The translations under genes were made by a program, and so were the position numbers. DNA of 33,113 bases from Dirinaria sp. TL-2023a (lineage: Eukaryota): NCBI GenBank assembly GCA_051941275.1, contig JAVEBF010000077.1:1-33113 (forward strand), read 5' to 3'. A model generated the notes under the pieces. That model searched no databases, was not told the DNA's origin, and was given only the letters and a program-made list of their open reading frames with translations. Positions 1-10,768 of the stretch are shown here, in pieces. How positions within the stretch are numbered: position 1 is the stretch's first letter; every line of letters begins with the position of its first letter.

Positions 1-20
1 GTGTGTGTGTGTGTGTGTGT
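1..20. repeat. (GT)n microsatellite
   Basis: 10 GT units at the window start. Confidence 0.95.
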
Positions 21-70
21 GCGTGCCTGGGACAGGAGAAGCTGAGGAGGAGGAAGGTAGATAGATAGCT

Positions 71-117
71 GCTTTGCTTTGCTTTGCTTTGCTTTGCTTT
101 GCTTTGCTTTGCTTTGC
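71..117. repeat. (GCTTT)n pentanucleotide microsatellite
   Basis: 9 perfect GCTTT units. Confidence 0.95.
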
Positions 118-817
118 GATTGTTCGTCTCAATTCAGAATCCAATTCTCAATGAGGGCAATTGATAATGGTATGCGTAGGGAGTGTTTCGAATGGGTTTT
201 GTAGTAACAAACTTTTTTTGTTCCAGCCCGCGATTATTTTGTTACTGTTGCGTGGGGAGCGTGGCTGGCTGGCATGGCAGCCGTTTTTTGTTGACGGGTA
301 CCTATCGATAAGAGCATGGACGGACGGGCCGGTTAAGGTAAGGTACTTAACTAAGGTGGTTGCTGGCAGGGGGCTGCGCGCATGGGGCTTGGCGAGCTCT
401 GGGTAGGGTTTGGATTTAGATTTGAGGGGTTTTGAGGTGGGACGCTGGATACTTTCTTTACCTAAGGTACCTTATGTTATTCCTGTGTGCTTGATGATGT
501 AGGTTCATGTGATCGTACAAGTTGCGGAAACTATAGGGGTTGAGTATGCTTCGTTCGGTTAAGGTATGTGGGGATTTTTGGAACTCTTTGCGGAGAAAGG
601 GGCAAATAGGGGTTTCAAGGAATGATTTTCGATGATGGAGGTTTGGAGAATTATGTGATTGGTAAGCTAAGATAGGTAGGGGCTCAGAGAGGTCGATGTT
701 TGTAGGTCGAGGTTCTTTACAGGAGAGAATACAGGATTGTAACATTTCAGACCTCATTGCTGATTTCTTGTATCTGGGATAATTTGATGTAATCATGGTG
801 CCTTCGACAACTGCAAT

Positions 818-1120
818 TCACATCACTGTACAGAGACAATGACATTCGAGTCCGGCGTCCCTTCTGCTCGGTCCAGTCCCGAATTTCGTTCCTCTCTTGG
901 TGGATTTGACTAGGCGGACTGTATCCCCGTCGTAGTCGTCCTTCTTGTCGCATTTCGGGCATTCTCCGGCCGGCGCTGTATGGATCTTCTTCGGTTGGCG
1001 AGCTTGCTGGAGCTCGAAGCTCATGCAGTTGGAGAAGTTCTTGCCTTCGGCGCATGGTGCGGTGAGAGTGAACCATTTATGCCCGCACTTGGCTGATCTC
1101 CAACCCTTGGTTCGGCACAT
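818..1120 (-). CDS. Small (100 aa) Cys/His-rich protein, putative zinc-binding, with C-terminal CaaX box
   Basis: ATG at 1120 gives MCRTKGWRSAKCGHKW...C...C...CPKC...GLECHCLCTVM*. The MC-x-CGH...CxxC pattern resembles small uncharacterised fungal proteins, and the protein ends in CTVM. Confidence 0.7.
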   Translation of the reverse strand: MCRTKGWRSAKCGHKWFTLTAPCAEGKNFSNCMSFELQQARQPKKIHTAPAGECPKCDKKDDYDGDTVRLVKSTKRGTKFGTGPSRRDAGLECHCLCTVM

Positions 1121-1580
1121 TGTTCCCGAAGAAGCGAGTTGGTGTACACGATTCTGATTAAAAGGCACAGACCGAGAATGTTCTTGCGGACTTGCTGTAC
1201 CCAAGGGGTCAGAATCGGCACCTTGTATCTTTTAGCAAATGCATCTGAACGATTCCTAAAAAGGCTTTCTTACTATAGAGTTTAAGTTCGCCGCTGTAGC
1301 TGACTTCGCTTCCCCTCAAGTGATTGTTTCCCAACAAGGTCAGGCAGGCTAAGATGTTCCAGTGGCCATTTTGAATGATCAAATCAGAAGAGCCAAGTTT
1401 AAGCTGTGTTTGAAAAAAAAAACAGCTCGTATAAGTGTTGGGGCCATGGTGACAAATCGTGTGTGGTGAATATGTGTGACTCTTAGCACAGGTCTTAGCG
1501 TTGTGCTGTGATCGGTCTTGATGCTAAGCAGGACATACTTCAAAAGTCCATGGACAGTATATAAATGACCAGGCAATGCT

Positions 1581-2088
1581 TCAGGTGTCCCCAGCTTCAT
1601 CACGCTCTGACTTCTGGATAGCCTGCATCAATTCATACAGCTGTCCTAGCTGTTGGTCTAAAAAGACTACAATTAGTCTTAAGTTAAGCTATCCTGGATG
1701 AAAAACTGCAAACCGCTCATCTTATCGATCTTTCCTCTGTCAAGCTTCTCTCCCCGCCAAAAGTCGCCTTCGATCTTTTGAGCATACATTTGCCACTCAG
1801 TCAAGAAACCAATCTGGAGAGAACATCAGCACTGACGGAGTTTATCTATTCAATTCTCACGCAGCATACGATGTGCATCGGGTTCTCGATTTTTTGATGC
1901 GCTCTGAATTCGCTTTTGATGTACTCGTCACCGAGCAATCGCATGTCCCTCGGAAGAAACTTTCGATGAGCCCTTAAAAGCCTCCTGTAAAGCGGAATTG
2001 GAGGCAATAAGGCCAATGGAGCCGGCTTCAACCCTTTCGTCGAACCTACGGCTGTAGGTGTTGCCAGGAGTCTTGCAGCTGATTTCAT
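1581..2088 (-). CDS. SDH7: Succinate dehydrogenase assembly factor 3 (Sdh7/ACN9, LYR-motif family)
   Basis: Exons 2088-1870, 1813-1714, 1657-1581 with GT-AG introns. Spliced product: [57 protein letters not shown], the Sdh7/SDHAF3 signature. Confidence 0.93.
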
Positions 2089-2243
2089 TGCATGTATTTT
2101 ACCAATCCCGGAGAAGGAACGAAGATAGATGTACCTATTCTGGCCTCGAAGCTGACATCATTCGGCAGGTTCCTTAGCGCGTTTTTGCCGAACTGCACCT
2201 ATTTTACACTTCTTAAGGTACACAACAACTCAGACCATCAAAT

Positions 2244-3029
2244 ATGCTGTCAACCCCATCGACATCTCATGTGAACATCAACCGAGTTTACGAGCCTGCC
2301 GAAGACTCCTTTCTCTTACTAGACACGCTATCATCTTCATCCGAAATTGCATTCCTCCATGGACGCTTCTCTAGCCAAGACGGGAGTCATGGATTTAAAG
2401 CTTCCTCCCCTGTAGTACTTGAGGTGGGAACTGGGTCTGGCATAGTGATTGCTTTCATTACAGCTCACTCAAGGAGAATTTTTGGTAGATCAGATATACT
2501 AACGTTGGGGTCTGATCTTAACGCTTTCGCATGCAAAGCAACCGTGGAGACGGTAGAGCAAGCTTCACAGCAAGTTACAGAAGGCTCCTGTGGACTTTTC
2601 TTGTCTTGCGTGAAAGCGGATCTAGCGAGCGCATTGGGCAAAGGTACAATTGATGTACTCATCTTCAATCCGCCGTATGTTCCAACAGAGAAGCTACCAG
2701 AACCTCCTTCAAATGGAGAAAGCTGCGATGAAAAGTCATTAGACATAGACGTGGACCAATTTGAAAATGAATCGCGGTTGCTCTCGCTTTCCTATGCTGG
2801 AGGCCAAGATGGTATGGAAGTCACACACAGGTTACTTGAAGAATTACCTGGCTTGTTGAGCGTAAATCAAGGCGTGGCTTATGTTCTGCTATGCCAGCAG
2901 AACAAGCCAACAGAAGTCATGGACATGATCCGCCATTGGGGCTCAAGCTGGGCAGTGAAAGTCGTCGGACGCTCGGGGAGGACAGGAGGGTGGGAAAAGT
3001 TGCTGGTGCTGAGGATCTGGCGACAGTGA
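2244..3029 (+). CDS. MTQ2: eRF1 glutamine methyltransferase catalytic subunit (HemK2/N6AMT1 family)
   Basis: Intronless, 261 aa. VYEPAEDSFLLLD N-terminus, SAM motif LEVGTGSG, catalytic FNPPY, and YAGGQDGMEV. Confidence 0.93.
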   Translation: MLSTPSTSHVNINRVYEPAEDSFLLLDTLSSSSEIAFLHGRFSSQDGSHGFKASSPVVLEVGTGSGIVIAFITAHSRRIFGRSDILTLGSDLNAFACKATVETVEQASQQVTEGSCGLFLSCVKADLASALGKGTIDVLIFNPPYVPTEKLPEPPSNGESCDEKSLDIDVDQFENESRLLSLSYAGGQDGMEVTHRLLEELPGLLSVNQGVAYVLLCQQNKPTEVMDMIRHWGSSWAVKVVGRSGRTGGWEKLLVLRIWRQ

Positions 3030-3288
3030 ATTTTGGATGAGCTTGATGAAATCCTGATATTGATGGCTTGTCGGCTAGACAAATGTCTTTACCCTCAAAA
3101 ATACACCCAAAAACTCCCACTTTTTAGTACACTTTGATATCCGCGTCCGTGCAAGACTTCCAGTGCCCGAGACGATCAGCTTCCCTGGCTACAAGGAATC
3201 CAGGGCATACCTGCATAGACTTATTATGGGTACACTTCCCTGTTAATCCGGTCATAGCACTTTCGATCCATTGCTGCTCGGATATTTT

Positions 3289-3816
3289 CTAGAAACCGCG
3301 TCCACCACCTCTTCCCCTGCCCCTGAAACCTCCTCTGCCTCTGCCTCTAGGCCCGCCTCTTCCTCCTCGACCTCCCCTATCCGCTGCTTCCTTCCGTGCT
3401 TTATTCTTCGGCTTCGGCGCATCGTCAATGAGTAACGTGTCTAGAGGTAGTGAATCCGGAAGGATGTAGTATCGTATGGTGGAACCACGGATGTTAATTG
3501 TGTCGAGAGATATGGGATCGCGGCCTTTAGGCGTCATCTTTACGGCGCGTAGAGCTGTGTTCATTTGTGGAGAGACGGCGGTTATGGTTCCGTGAAGGAT
3601 TGTTCCTTTGACAAGTGAGCCACGGACAGAATACCAGACCGACTGGGTTCTCATACCATTTTTCAGCTCAATCGTTACCGTCTCATTCGCACATTTCATA
3701 AGAAACCTGTGGTGATGGAAATCAGCAAGGCCGCGCACTTGACAAGCCTTGGACAGTCGAGCTAAGCTAAAGGCTGCTGTTCAAGGTCAAGGGAAAGCCT
3801 ACCTGACGAGCTTCAT
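3289..3816 (-). CDS. SMD1: Small nuclear ribonucleoprotein Sm D1
   Basis: Exons 3816-3803, 3706-3657, 3605-3289. Spliced [29 protein letters not shown]...[21 protein letters not shown] plus an RG-rich tail. Confidence 0.96.
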
Positions 3817-4279
3817 CGCGAGACCTGTATGGCACCGCTCCAGAGAAATATGAGTGTAGGCGGATAAGGTAAGGTAGGTATGTACCTTATGGATTTCGAA
3901 TCTTGAGGTAAAGTGAAAAGTATTTTACATGTTCAGTGACGCCAAGCGCAACAAGCGCGGAAGCATAACTTTATGCATGACAATACACACGGTATGCTCC
4001 GACCACACATCCATGTCTGAAGTGCGCGGTTGAAATGATGTGCTCAATACTTTCAGTATGAGGTAAATGAATAGGCGCTTGTAAGCGTAAGCAATAGCTT
4101 CACGCTGAGAGGGGCTTCGTGAAAATTGGGCAAAAGCTTTTTGGATGTAGAGTAGGCTACAGTGGTAGGCCAGGCGAAACCTACCTCAAGCATCAATCAC
4201 CGCATATCAAGCTCTCTTTCCCTTTCGTAGACTGAGTATTCAAAAAGGCGCTATCTTTTTAATAGTCTTCATCGTATTC

Positions 4280-4756
4280 CTATTGACCTGCCTCGGTTTC
4301 GGCCTCTACCTTGTCCCACTCGCTATCGGTACTCAATCCTTCACTCGCACTTCCCATGCTACGGCGCTTCCTCAATTCCCCCTCTTTATCGCTCACACTG
4401 AAATCTCCTTGAACCCTGCTTCCTTCGAAGCTCCTCCCGGCCTCCTCTCCACCCTCTGTCTCTGTGCCGCTTCCCTCGTCCTTCTCATCCTTGTCCATCC
4501 GAATCTCTCTGGATTTCTTCGCCTCCTCCTCCTTCTCACTGGCAGCATGCAGCTCCCTCGCGAACCAATTTATCGCCCACCATAGTCCGGCGCAGAGGAT
4601 GGAGAGGATGACGAAATGTACGCTGTAGGTTGCGAGAAGCAGCGCAACGAGCACGAGTTGCAGGCCAGCAAAAGAGGCGTTGGTCGCGACCAACAGTGTA
4701 GGAGTAGGGCCTGGAGTGAAGATCGAGGACATGAGTGATGTAAAGAAATCGGCCAT
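4280..4756 (-). CDS. PKR1: ER V-ATPase assembly factor Pkr1
   Basis: N-terminal SIFTPGPTPTLLVATNASF followed by two hydrophobic helices (..SVHFVILSILCAGLWWAINWFAREL) and an acidic tail ending STDSEWDKV. Confidence 0.88.
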   Translation of the reverse strand: MADFFTSLMSSIFTPGPTPTLLVATNASFAGLQLVLVALLLATYSVHFVILSILCAGLWWAINWFARELHAASEKEEEAKKSREIRMDKDEKDEGSGTETEGGEEAGRSFEGSRVQGDFSVSDKEGELRKRRSMGSASEGLSTDSEWDKVEAETEAGQ

Positions 4757-5566
4757 GATGGCTAAGTGGGATTCGAGGGATTGGGTGAAGCGATCAGTCG
4801 CGGTAGGCGGCAGCGAGAGAGTGATAATAGTAGAGATTGTGCAACTGAGAGCAGCCTAGACTGTGCGATCTTGGCGTCTTTGAAGCGCTCGGAGTGGTAA
4901 GGCAGTTAAGTTAGAGAGTGGTACGATTCTCGGCCGTCCTACTTAAGCGCTTTCGAAAGTGCGATGTCGGCGAACCTCGATTGTGGAGATCGTAGCCCAA
5001 TCGAAAAAGGTGTTGTCAAGTGGATAATGCCTTGACCACGATGGCTCGATTTATAGAGTACAGTGCTTTGGCGAATGCTGAGGTCATGAGGTGTTATCAG
5101 CTCCGTACATACATCCCTTGGGCCTGAGTGGCTGTGCAGCTAGGCGACTGTGGCACTCGAATTTCCAGATGACTGGAGGGATCTCTCATCTCTTGCAATC
5201 TTGCATCGAACCCGTTTCTGACTCCCGCAGGCCAGGATGCGAAGGCATATCACACCCTACCCGCGAAAGTACTAGTGATACCTAGAGTAGGTAGTGTAAC
5301 GACTTTTGTGGCGTTCTTCGCTCAACTATTGGTGTTCCTTCCTTCTCCACCTACAATGAATAGCGGGCGGGGAAGGATAGTAAAGTTGTGTCCACATGAC
5401 CTACTTCTACACCTATTTTCAAGTCCATTTTCACAGTAAAGTGGCTCCATGGAAAATGTAACCGGGTATCTCTCAGAACCTCTTAAAGTGCTTTATTACC
5501 TTACGCATTGCGATCCGGCATTCTTTTTCATTCAATGCCTCCTACGCTGACACCTACCAACCGTGT

Positions 5567-7960
5567 ATGATGGCGAAACCACTACAAGTAGATAATAAAC
5601 TGTCATCGACCCAAGATGACAGTCATGAGTTCGTACATCACGCTGAAGCAGTCTGGCAGCATCGAGCCCCCTATGGGCCATCTGGGTTTAGGGGACTGTT
5701 CACGAACTCTTACGCTTCATTGTGCGCTGCATTTGCAGCACTTGGTGGTATGATCTTCGGCTACGATCAGGTGAGTCTTCCACTTACCATCGCGGTCATT
5801 GTGATGATACGTCCCTTGTATCATTTGATTAAGTGTTTGAGTAGGGCGTTGTCTCTATTGTACTTGTGATGCCGCAGTTTCTAAGCCGATTTGGAGGTGT
5901 CTCAGAGACCGCGTCCGGAGCAGGGTTCTGGAAAGGACTGTTGACAGCTATGATCGAACTCGGCGCCTTGATCGGTGCACTCAACCAAGGCTGGATAGCC
6001 GATAAGATCTCGAGGAAATACTCGATTGTTCTTGCCGTAACCGTCTTCATCGTCGGGTCTATATTACAGACAGCTGCCGTCGATTACGCGATGTTAGTTG
6101 TAGCTAGGTTGATCGGAGGCATTGGCATTGGTATGCTTAGTATGGTCGCGCCGCTTTACATCTCAGAAATTTCCCCTCCTGAGATACGCGGTGCACTTCT
6201 TGTCCTCGAGGAATTTAGCATCGTGAGTGGAATCGTCATTGCATTTTGGATCACGTAAGTAATATTTCCGTTTTCGTAGATTCCCGTTTTCTCTTGGTGA
6301 TTCAAGCGAGGTATGTGAGCTATCTTGAGAATAGTGCCCTTAGGTCGCCCTTCACAACCTGATAGTACTGGCAAGGAATTCTATACTGACTCAGTATTCA
6401 TCAAGCTACGGAACCCAATACATGGCTGGCGAGTGGTCCTGGCGCCTACCTTTCCTGCTGCAGATGATCCCTGGGTTCGTTCTCGGAGCAGGCATTCTGT
6501 TTCTTCCGTTCTCCCCTCGGTGGCTTGTGTCGAAAGGTCGCAATCAGGAAGCAGGTGCAAGTCTCAGCAAGCTCAGGCAACTAGATCTAGCAGATAGCCG
6601 GGTGCAGCAGTAGGTTATACCTTTCTGAACGTCTTAGCTTGTTTGCAGGAGCAGTCAGTGCATCTCAGAGGTTCTCTATCTGCACTCAGAGACACTTCTG
6701 GGTTTGCCAAAGTGTCCTAACGGGTTTGTGCTGACGTTAATATGCATAGGGAATGGATCGATATTCGTGCTGAAGTTGCATTTCACAACCAGACAAGTGT
6801 AGCAAAACATCCCAAGCTACAAGACGGAAGCAGAACTAGCCGCATAAAATTGGAGATCGCCTCATGGACGGATTGTTTTAAGCGGAGATGTTGGCGACGC
6901 ACGCATGTTGGCATTGGCCTCATGTTCTTCCAAGTAAGCCATCCCCCTTGACGTGCGCCTAGAGCTTTGGCTTATCAGGGTCGCCAGCAATTCGTAGGCA
7001 TTAATGCTTTGGTAAGTGATAGATCTGGAAATGCAAAGATCCTTTCCGGCCCTGACTCGCGACCAGATATATTACTCTCCTACATTATTCGGGACGATGG
7101 GATTGAATCATAGCATGCAGCTCATCATGTCTGGAGTACTGAACATTACTCAAGTAAGGAGCCAGAAGCTTGTGGGTCATCCATACTGATGAAACAAGCT
7201 TGTCGGCGTTAGCACCAGCTTGTGGACAATGGATCGATTTGGACGCCGGCCACTACTACTTTGGGGAAGCTTGTTCATGACACTTTCGCATTTCATTATT
7301 TCAATCCTGGTGGGCAAATTCTCGCATGATTGGCCTGCACATCGAGGTGCAGGATGGGCCAGTGTAGCGTTCGTAAGTGCCCAAGCCGCGAAGGATTTGG
7401 AATTTTTGGAATTTTGTGAAGGATGAACAGATCATTGACACAATCGCACAGCTTTTTTTCTACATGTTGAGCTTCGGTGCATCATGGGGTGAGTGCAAAT
7501 GTCTCGGTGACAAATAGATGACTTGAAAAGCTCAGCTGATCCTTTCTTGATATAGGACCCGTACCATGGGCAATGCCCAGCGAGGTTTTCCCCTCAAGTC
7601 TTCGAGCGAAAGGAGTCGCTCTGTCGACTTGCTCAAACTGGCTTAATAATTTCATTATAGTAAGTACGCACAAAGATGTGCGCGTTTTCTGCCACCGCTG
7701 ATCGATGATGGCAGGGGCTCATTACACCACCGCTTGTGCAAAATACAGGGTTCGGCGCATACACATTCTTTGCCGTTTTCTGCCTGCTCTCCCTGGTGTG
7801 GACGTATCTTTTCGTGCCGGAGACGTGCGGAAGGACGTTGGAACAGATGGATCACGTGTTCAAGGATAGCGTTACCGAGGAAGACGATAACAGAAGAAAA
7901 GCCATTGAGAATGAATTATTGGCGCAGCAGGGCGAGCTTGGCGGTGAGCACGTGGCTTAA
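5567..7960 (+). CDS. MFS sugar porter (monosaccharide transporter), 10 exons
   Basis: Exons 5567-5770, 5845-6254, 6406-6609, 6750-6933, 6988-7011, 7067-7153, 7199-7372, 7452-7488, 7556-7659, 7715-7960, all GT-AG and frame-consistent. Motifs GGMIFGYDQG, PLYISEISP..RG, PFSPRWL, QQFVGINALIYY, DRFGRR, PETCGRTLE. Confidence 0.93.
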
Positions 7961-8693
7961 TGCATGCAGACACACCCTTCTCCAATCGCGTTAATGCCTG
8001 AACATGGGTGGCTGTTCAGGGACTCTAGTCTCTACATAGGGAGGGGGCCTAGGGGGGGGTCCGCGATAATTCTCATAAGTTAAGATATGCATTATTGGCC
8101 CTCGGGCGAGAAATAAACTTACCCGAGTCAGCCATGGAACCGATTGACAGCCCTTTGCGATCAAACCCCATGTCATAAGGTCTAGCGTCGCTGCGTCTCA
8201 GCGTGGCAGCCACGAGTTCTGACTCCTGAGCGCGCAAGCTCTACTTGATTTACCCTAGGGACCGGTCGAAGGATGGAGGCGCACCTGTCGGGAACGGATG
8301 GCTCGTGGCAGTAGGGCTGCATGGAAAGCATGTGCAGCAAGCGAGACGTACATCCATAGAGACGCAATCCTGATCCTGCAGGAATGGCGGTGTTTTTGTC
8401 GAAAGACTCGAAACGCGCAACGGGCAACGGGCAACGGCTCGATTTGTTCTGGCCGCGGTCTGCTTATGGGGATGAAGCGTGGGGCTTCAGCCTTGCAATA
8501 TGCAGGCGGCACGGAAATTGAAGTTCAGCTCGAGGCCCTGTCTCTGCTCTATTATCTGTCTGTCTCTTGATAGCAGCAGCATCAACCAATGATCATCGGC
8601 CACTATCAGCGACTGCATGACCACGGGGCCATGGCTTGCTAACTCTGGACCAGGACCATGGGTTAGGCTGGTGTATTGCCAAGCTTGTTCTGA

Positions 8694-8721
8694 ATGGGAT
8701 GGGATGGGATGGGATGGGATG
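8694..8721. repeat. (ATGGG)n pentanucleotide microsatellite
   Basis: About 5.5 ATGGG units. Confidence 0.9.
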
Positions 8722-10768
8722 TGACGTTTCCTAACTTCCTTGCCAGGGGGGAAAGGGGGAGGGATTTTGATAGCAGATGACGGAAGGACGCGTATCCTTC
8801 GCTTCATTGATCGTTTTTCGGTTTTTTGACATCCCACGAGCGGGGGAGGACGGGATCAATTACCGACATGCCGATGTCTTGGCAGGGACACCAAAAGGGC
8901 GGAATGGGGACGAGGGAGACAAATTCACGGACGTAAGCTGGGCAGGTAAAGGTAAGGTACAGTAGTAGTACAGTAAGCCCTGTAAGATATAAGCTCGTGA
9001 GCTTGTGAAATTGTTCTTGGCGCTGACTGAGCATCTTTTCTCGCGCAGCATTATTATTACAGTACTAGAATTATGATTGTTATTTCGAACCACCGTCCAC
9101 CATCCACCTCGGTGTGTGTCTCTGCGCATAGCGCATGCCATGTATATAAGCCTTGCTGTGGCTTCATTCATTTCTTCCTACTTTGTTTCCACTGAGTCGT
9201 GGTCGCTTCAAACTATCCAACATCATGATTATTATTACTGTTGTCGTCCAGCAAAGTCAGAGCAAGCACTTTTTAGTTTGTAATCCGAATATAGACGACT
9301 AACACGACGATCGGCGGCTCTGAGCCTCTGCATGTCACCGCCACTTCTCCCATCAGCGCCAACGGTAGACTTTCCCACCAAACACCGCGGGCCCATGTTC
9401 CTCCATACTGATGAGCTGATCGGCATTCAGCTTGGCCCGTTTCGCAGCATGTTGTCGCAGATCTCGAAGCAGAAGCTCGTCTGGACATGCAACACTATTC
9501 TGCTACCAACGGCCAAAAGTTTGAAGTCTTCTGATGTTCTAGCGCCTTGAGTTCCAGTGTGTGCCTCCAAAAGAGTGTCCGTCTCAGCCCCCACTTCCCA
9601 AGTCCAATCATCGTCTCGATCGCGGCTGGCTCTTTACCATCTTACCGCCCAAACTAGCGAAGCTTTGCGCTCGAAATGTACTCGATCCGTAGGATGACTG
9701 CTCTCGCATGCACAGTCAACGGGTCTAGTGTTCCAGCGTACCCTCCCTGTACCACTTTATTGGTAATCCAGAGGGCAGTTCCACTCGATATGGGCCATGA
9801 TTCTTGCCCCGGACTCGGCTCGTCGACGGCTCCGTACCACGCCTTATGTCCGTTTGATTACTCGGAACAATTGCCTGTCTCGAGGTCAGCCGCAATCTTG
9901 ATACTTCTCTGGCTTCGTCATAATTTAGTTCCATCTCCCCAATGTCTGCCAAGCTTCTGACTAGTCTTATCCAAATCACAGGGCTGTGGTCCAGTCTCTG
10001 AAACGATCCGGATGCACACAAACGCTGCGGATCATATTGACAGATCCAACAACGTCCGCCCTCCCAACCCACGAGGCCATGGGGTTAAGTCTTTCCCTCC
10101 GTGTCCGTTGCGGCACCGCTTGGTTAGGTTCAGTAGTGCCGTGCGTTTTAAGGGCTATTGTATTGAGAGCATTGCCATTTCTCTCAAGCGACCGCACGTC
10201 ACCTCCACAGGAGATTATAGAACGTGTAGAGAGGAGCGTCCGGACATCACTGCCTGGACTAAGACGTTCTTCCGCTGAAAGCTATTGTTCTTGACGCAGT
10301 CCGTACCTTAGGTAGCGTTGGTGCCGAGTAGCTATTGTTCCTAAGCTCAGCCTTGCGCTCCTGCTGCCCACGTACTGATTGGTATGTTTTTTCCCCAGCT
10401 ATTGAATCTGGCATTAAGAAGCCGTGGTTAGAATCATTATTTGTTGGGTTGCAGCCTGCTGAGCGTCCCAGGTATTTTGTAGGAAGCTACGTGCCCGGGA
10501 TTCGAATCCTGCAGGATTCACCAAAGCCTAGACAGCCAGCCAATCACAGCAAAGTGGTCATCCTTCAGATATAACTACTTCCTCCTCCCTCTGGCGACGG
10601 AGCACAGCATAGGGCACTGGAGTTGATTCATCCAGATATACAAGAAAATTTTTGTTTAGGATATATAGAGTAAGTAAAGCAGACAAGGGCTGCTGGGGTG
10701 TTCAATCAAGGAAGAAAGGTTTTCTCGTTCGTACTTCCAATTCTCCTTCAGCAAGAATCTTTTCCACC

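Noticed and set aside
1121..1204. N-terminal extension of the CaaX protein
   Set aside because: Non-ATG start; the Cys pattern begins at the ATG at 1120.
6255..6405. Cryptic exon or intronic snoRNA in the longer transporter intron
   Set aside because: Internal AG and GTATGT exist, but the upstream intron would be only about 25 nt; no clear C/D or H/ACA boxes.
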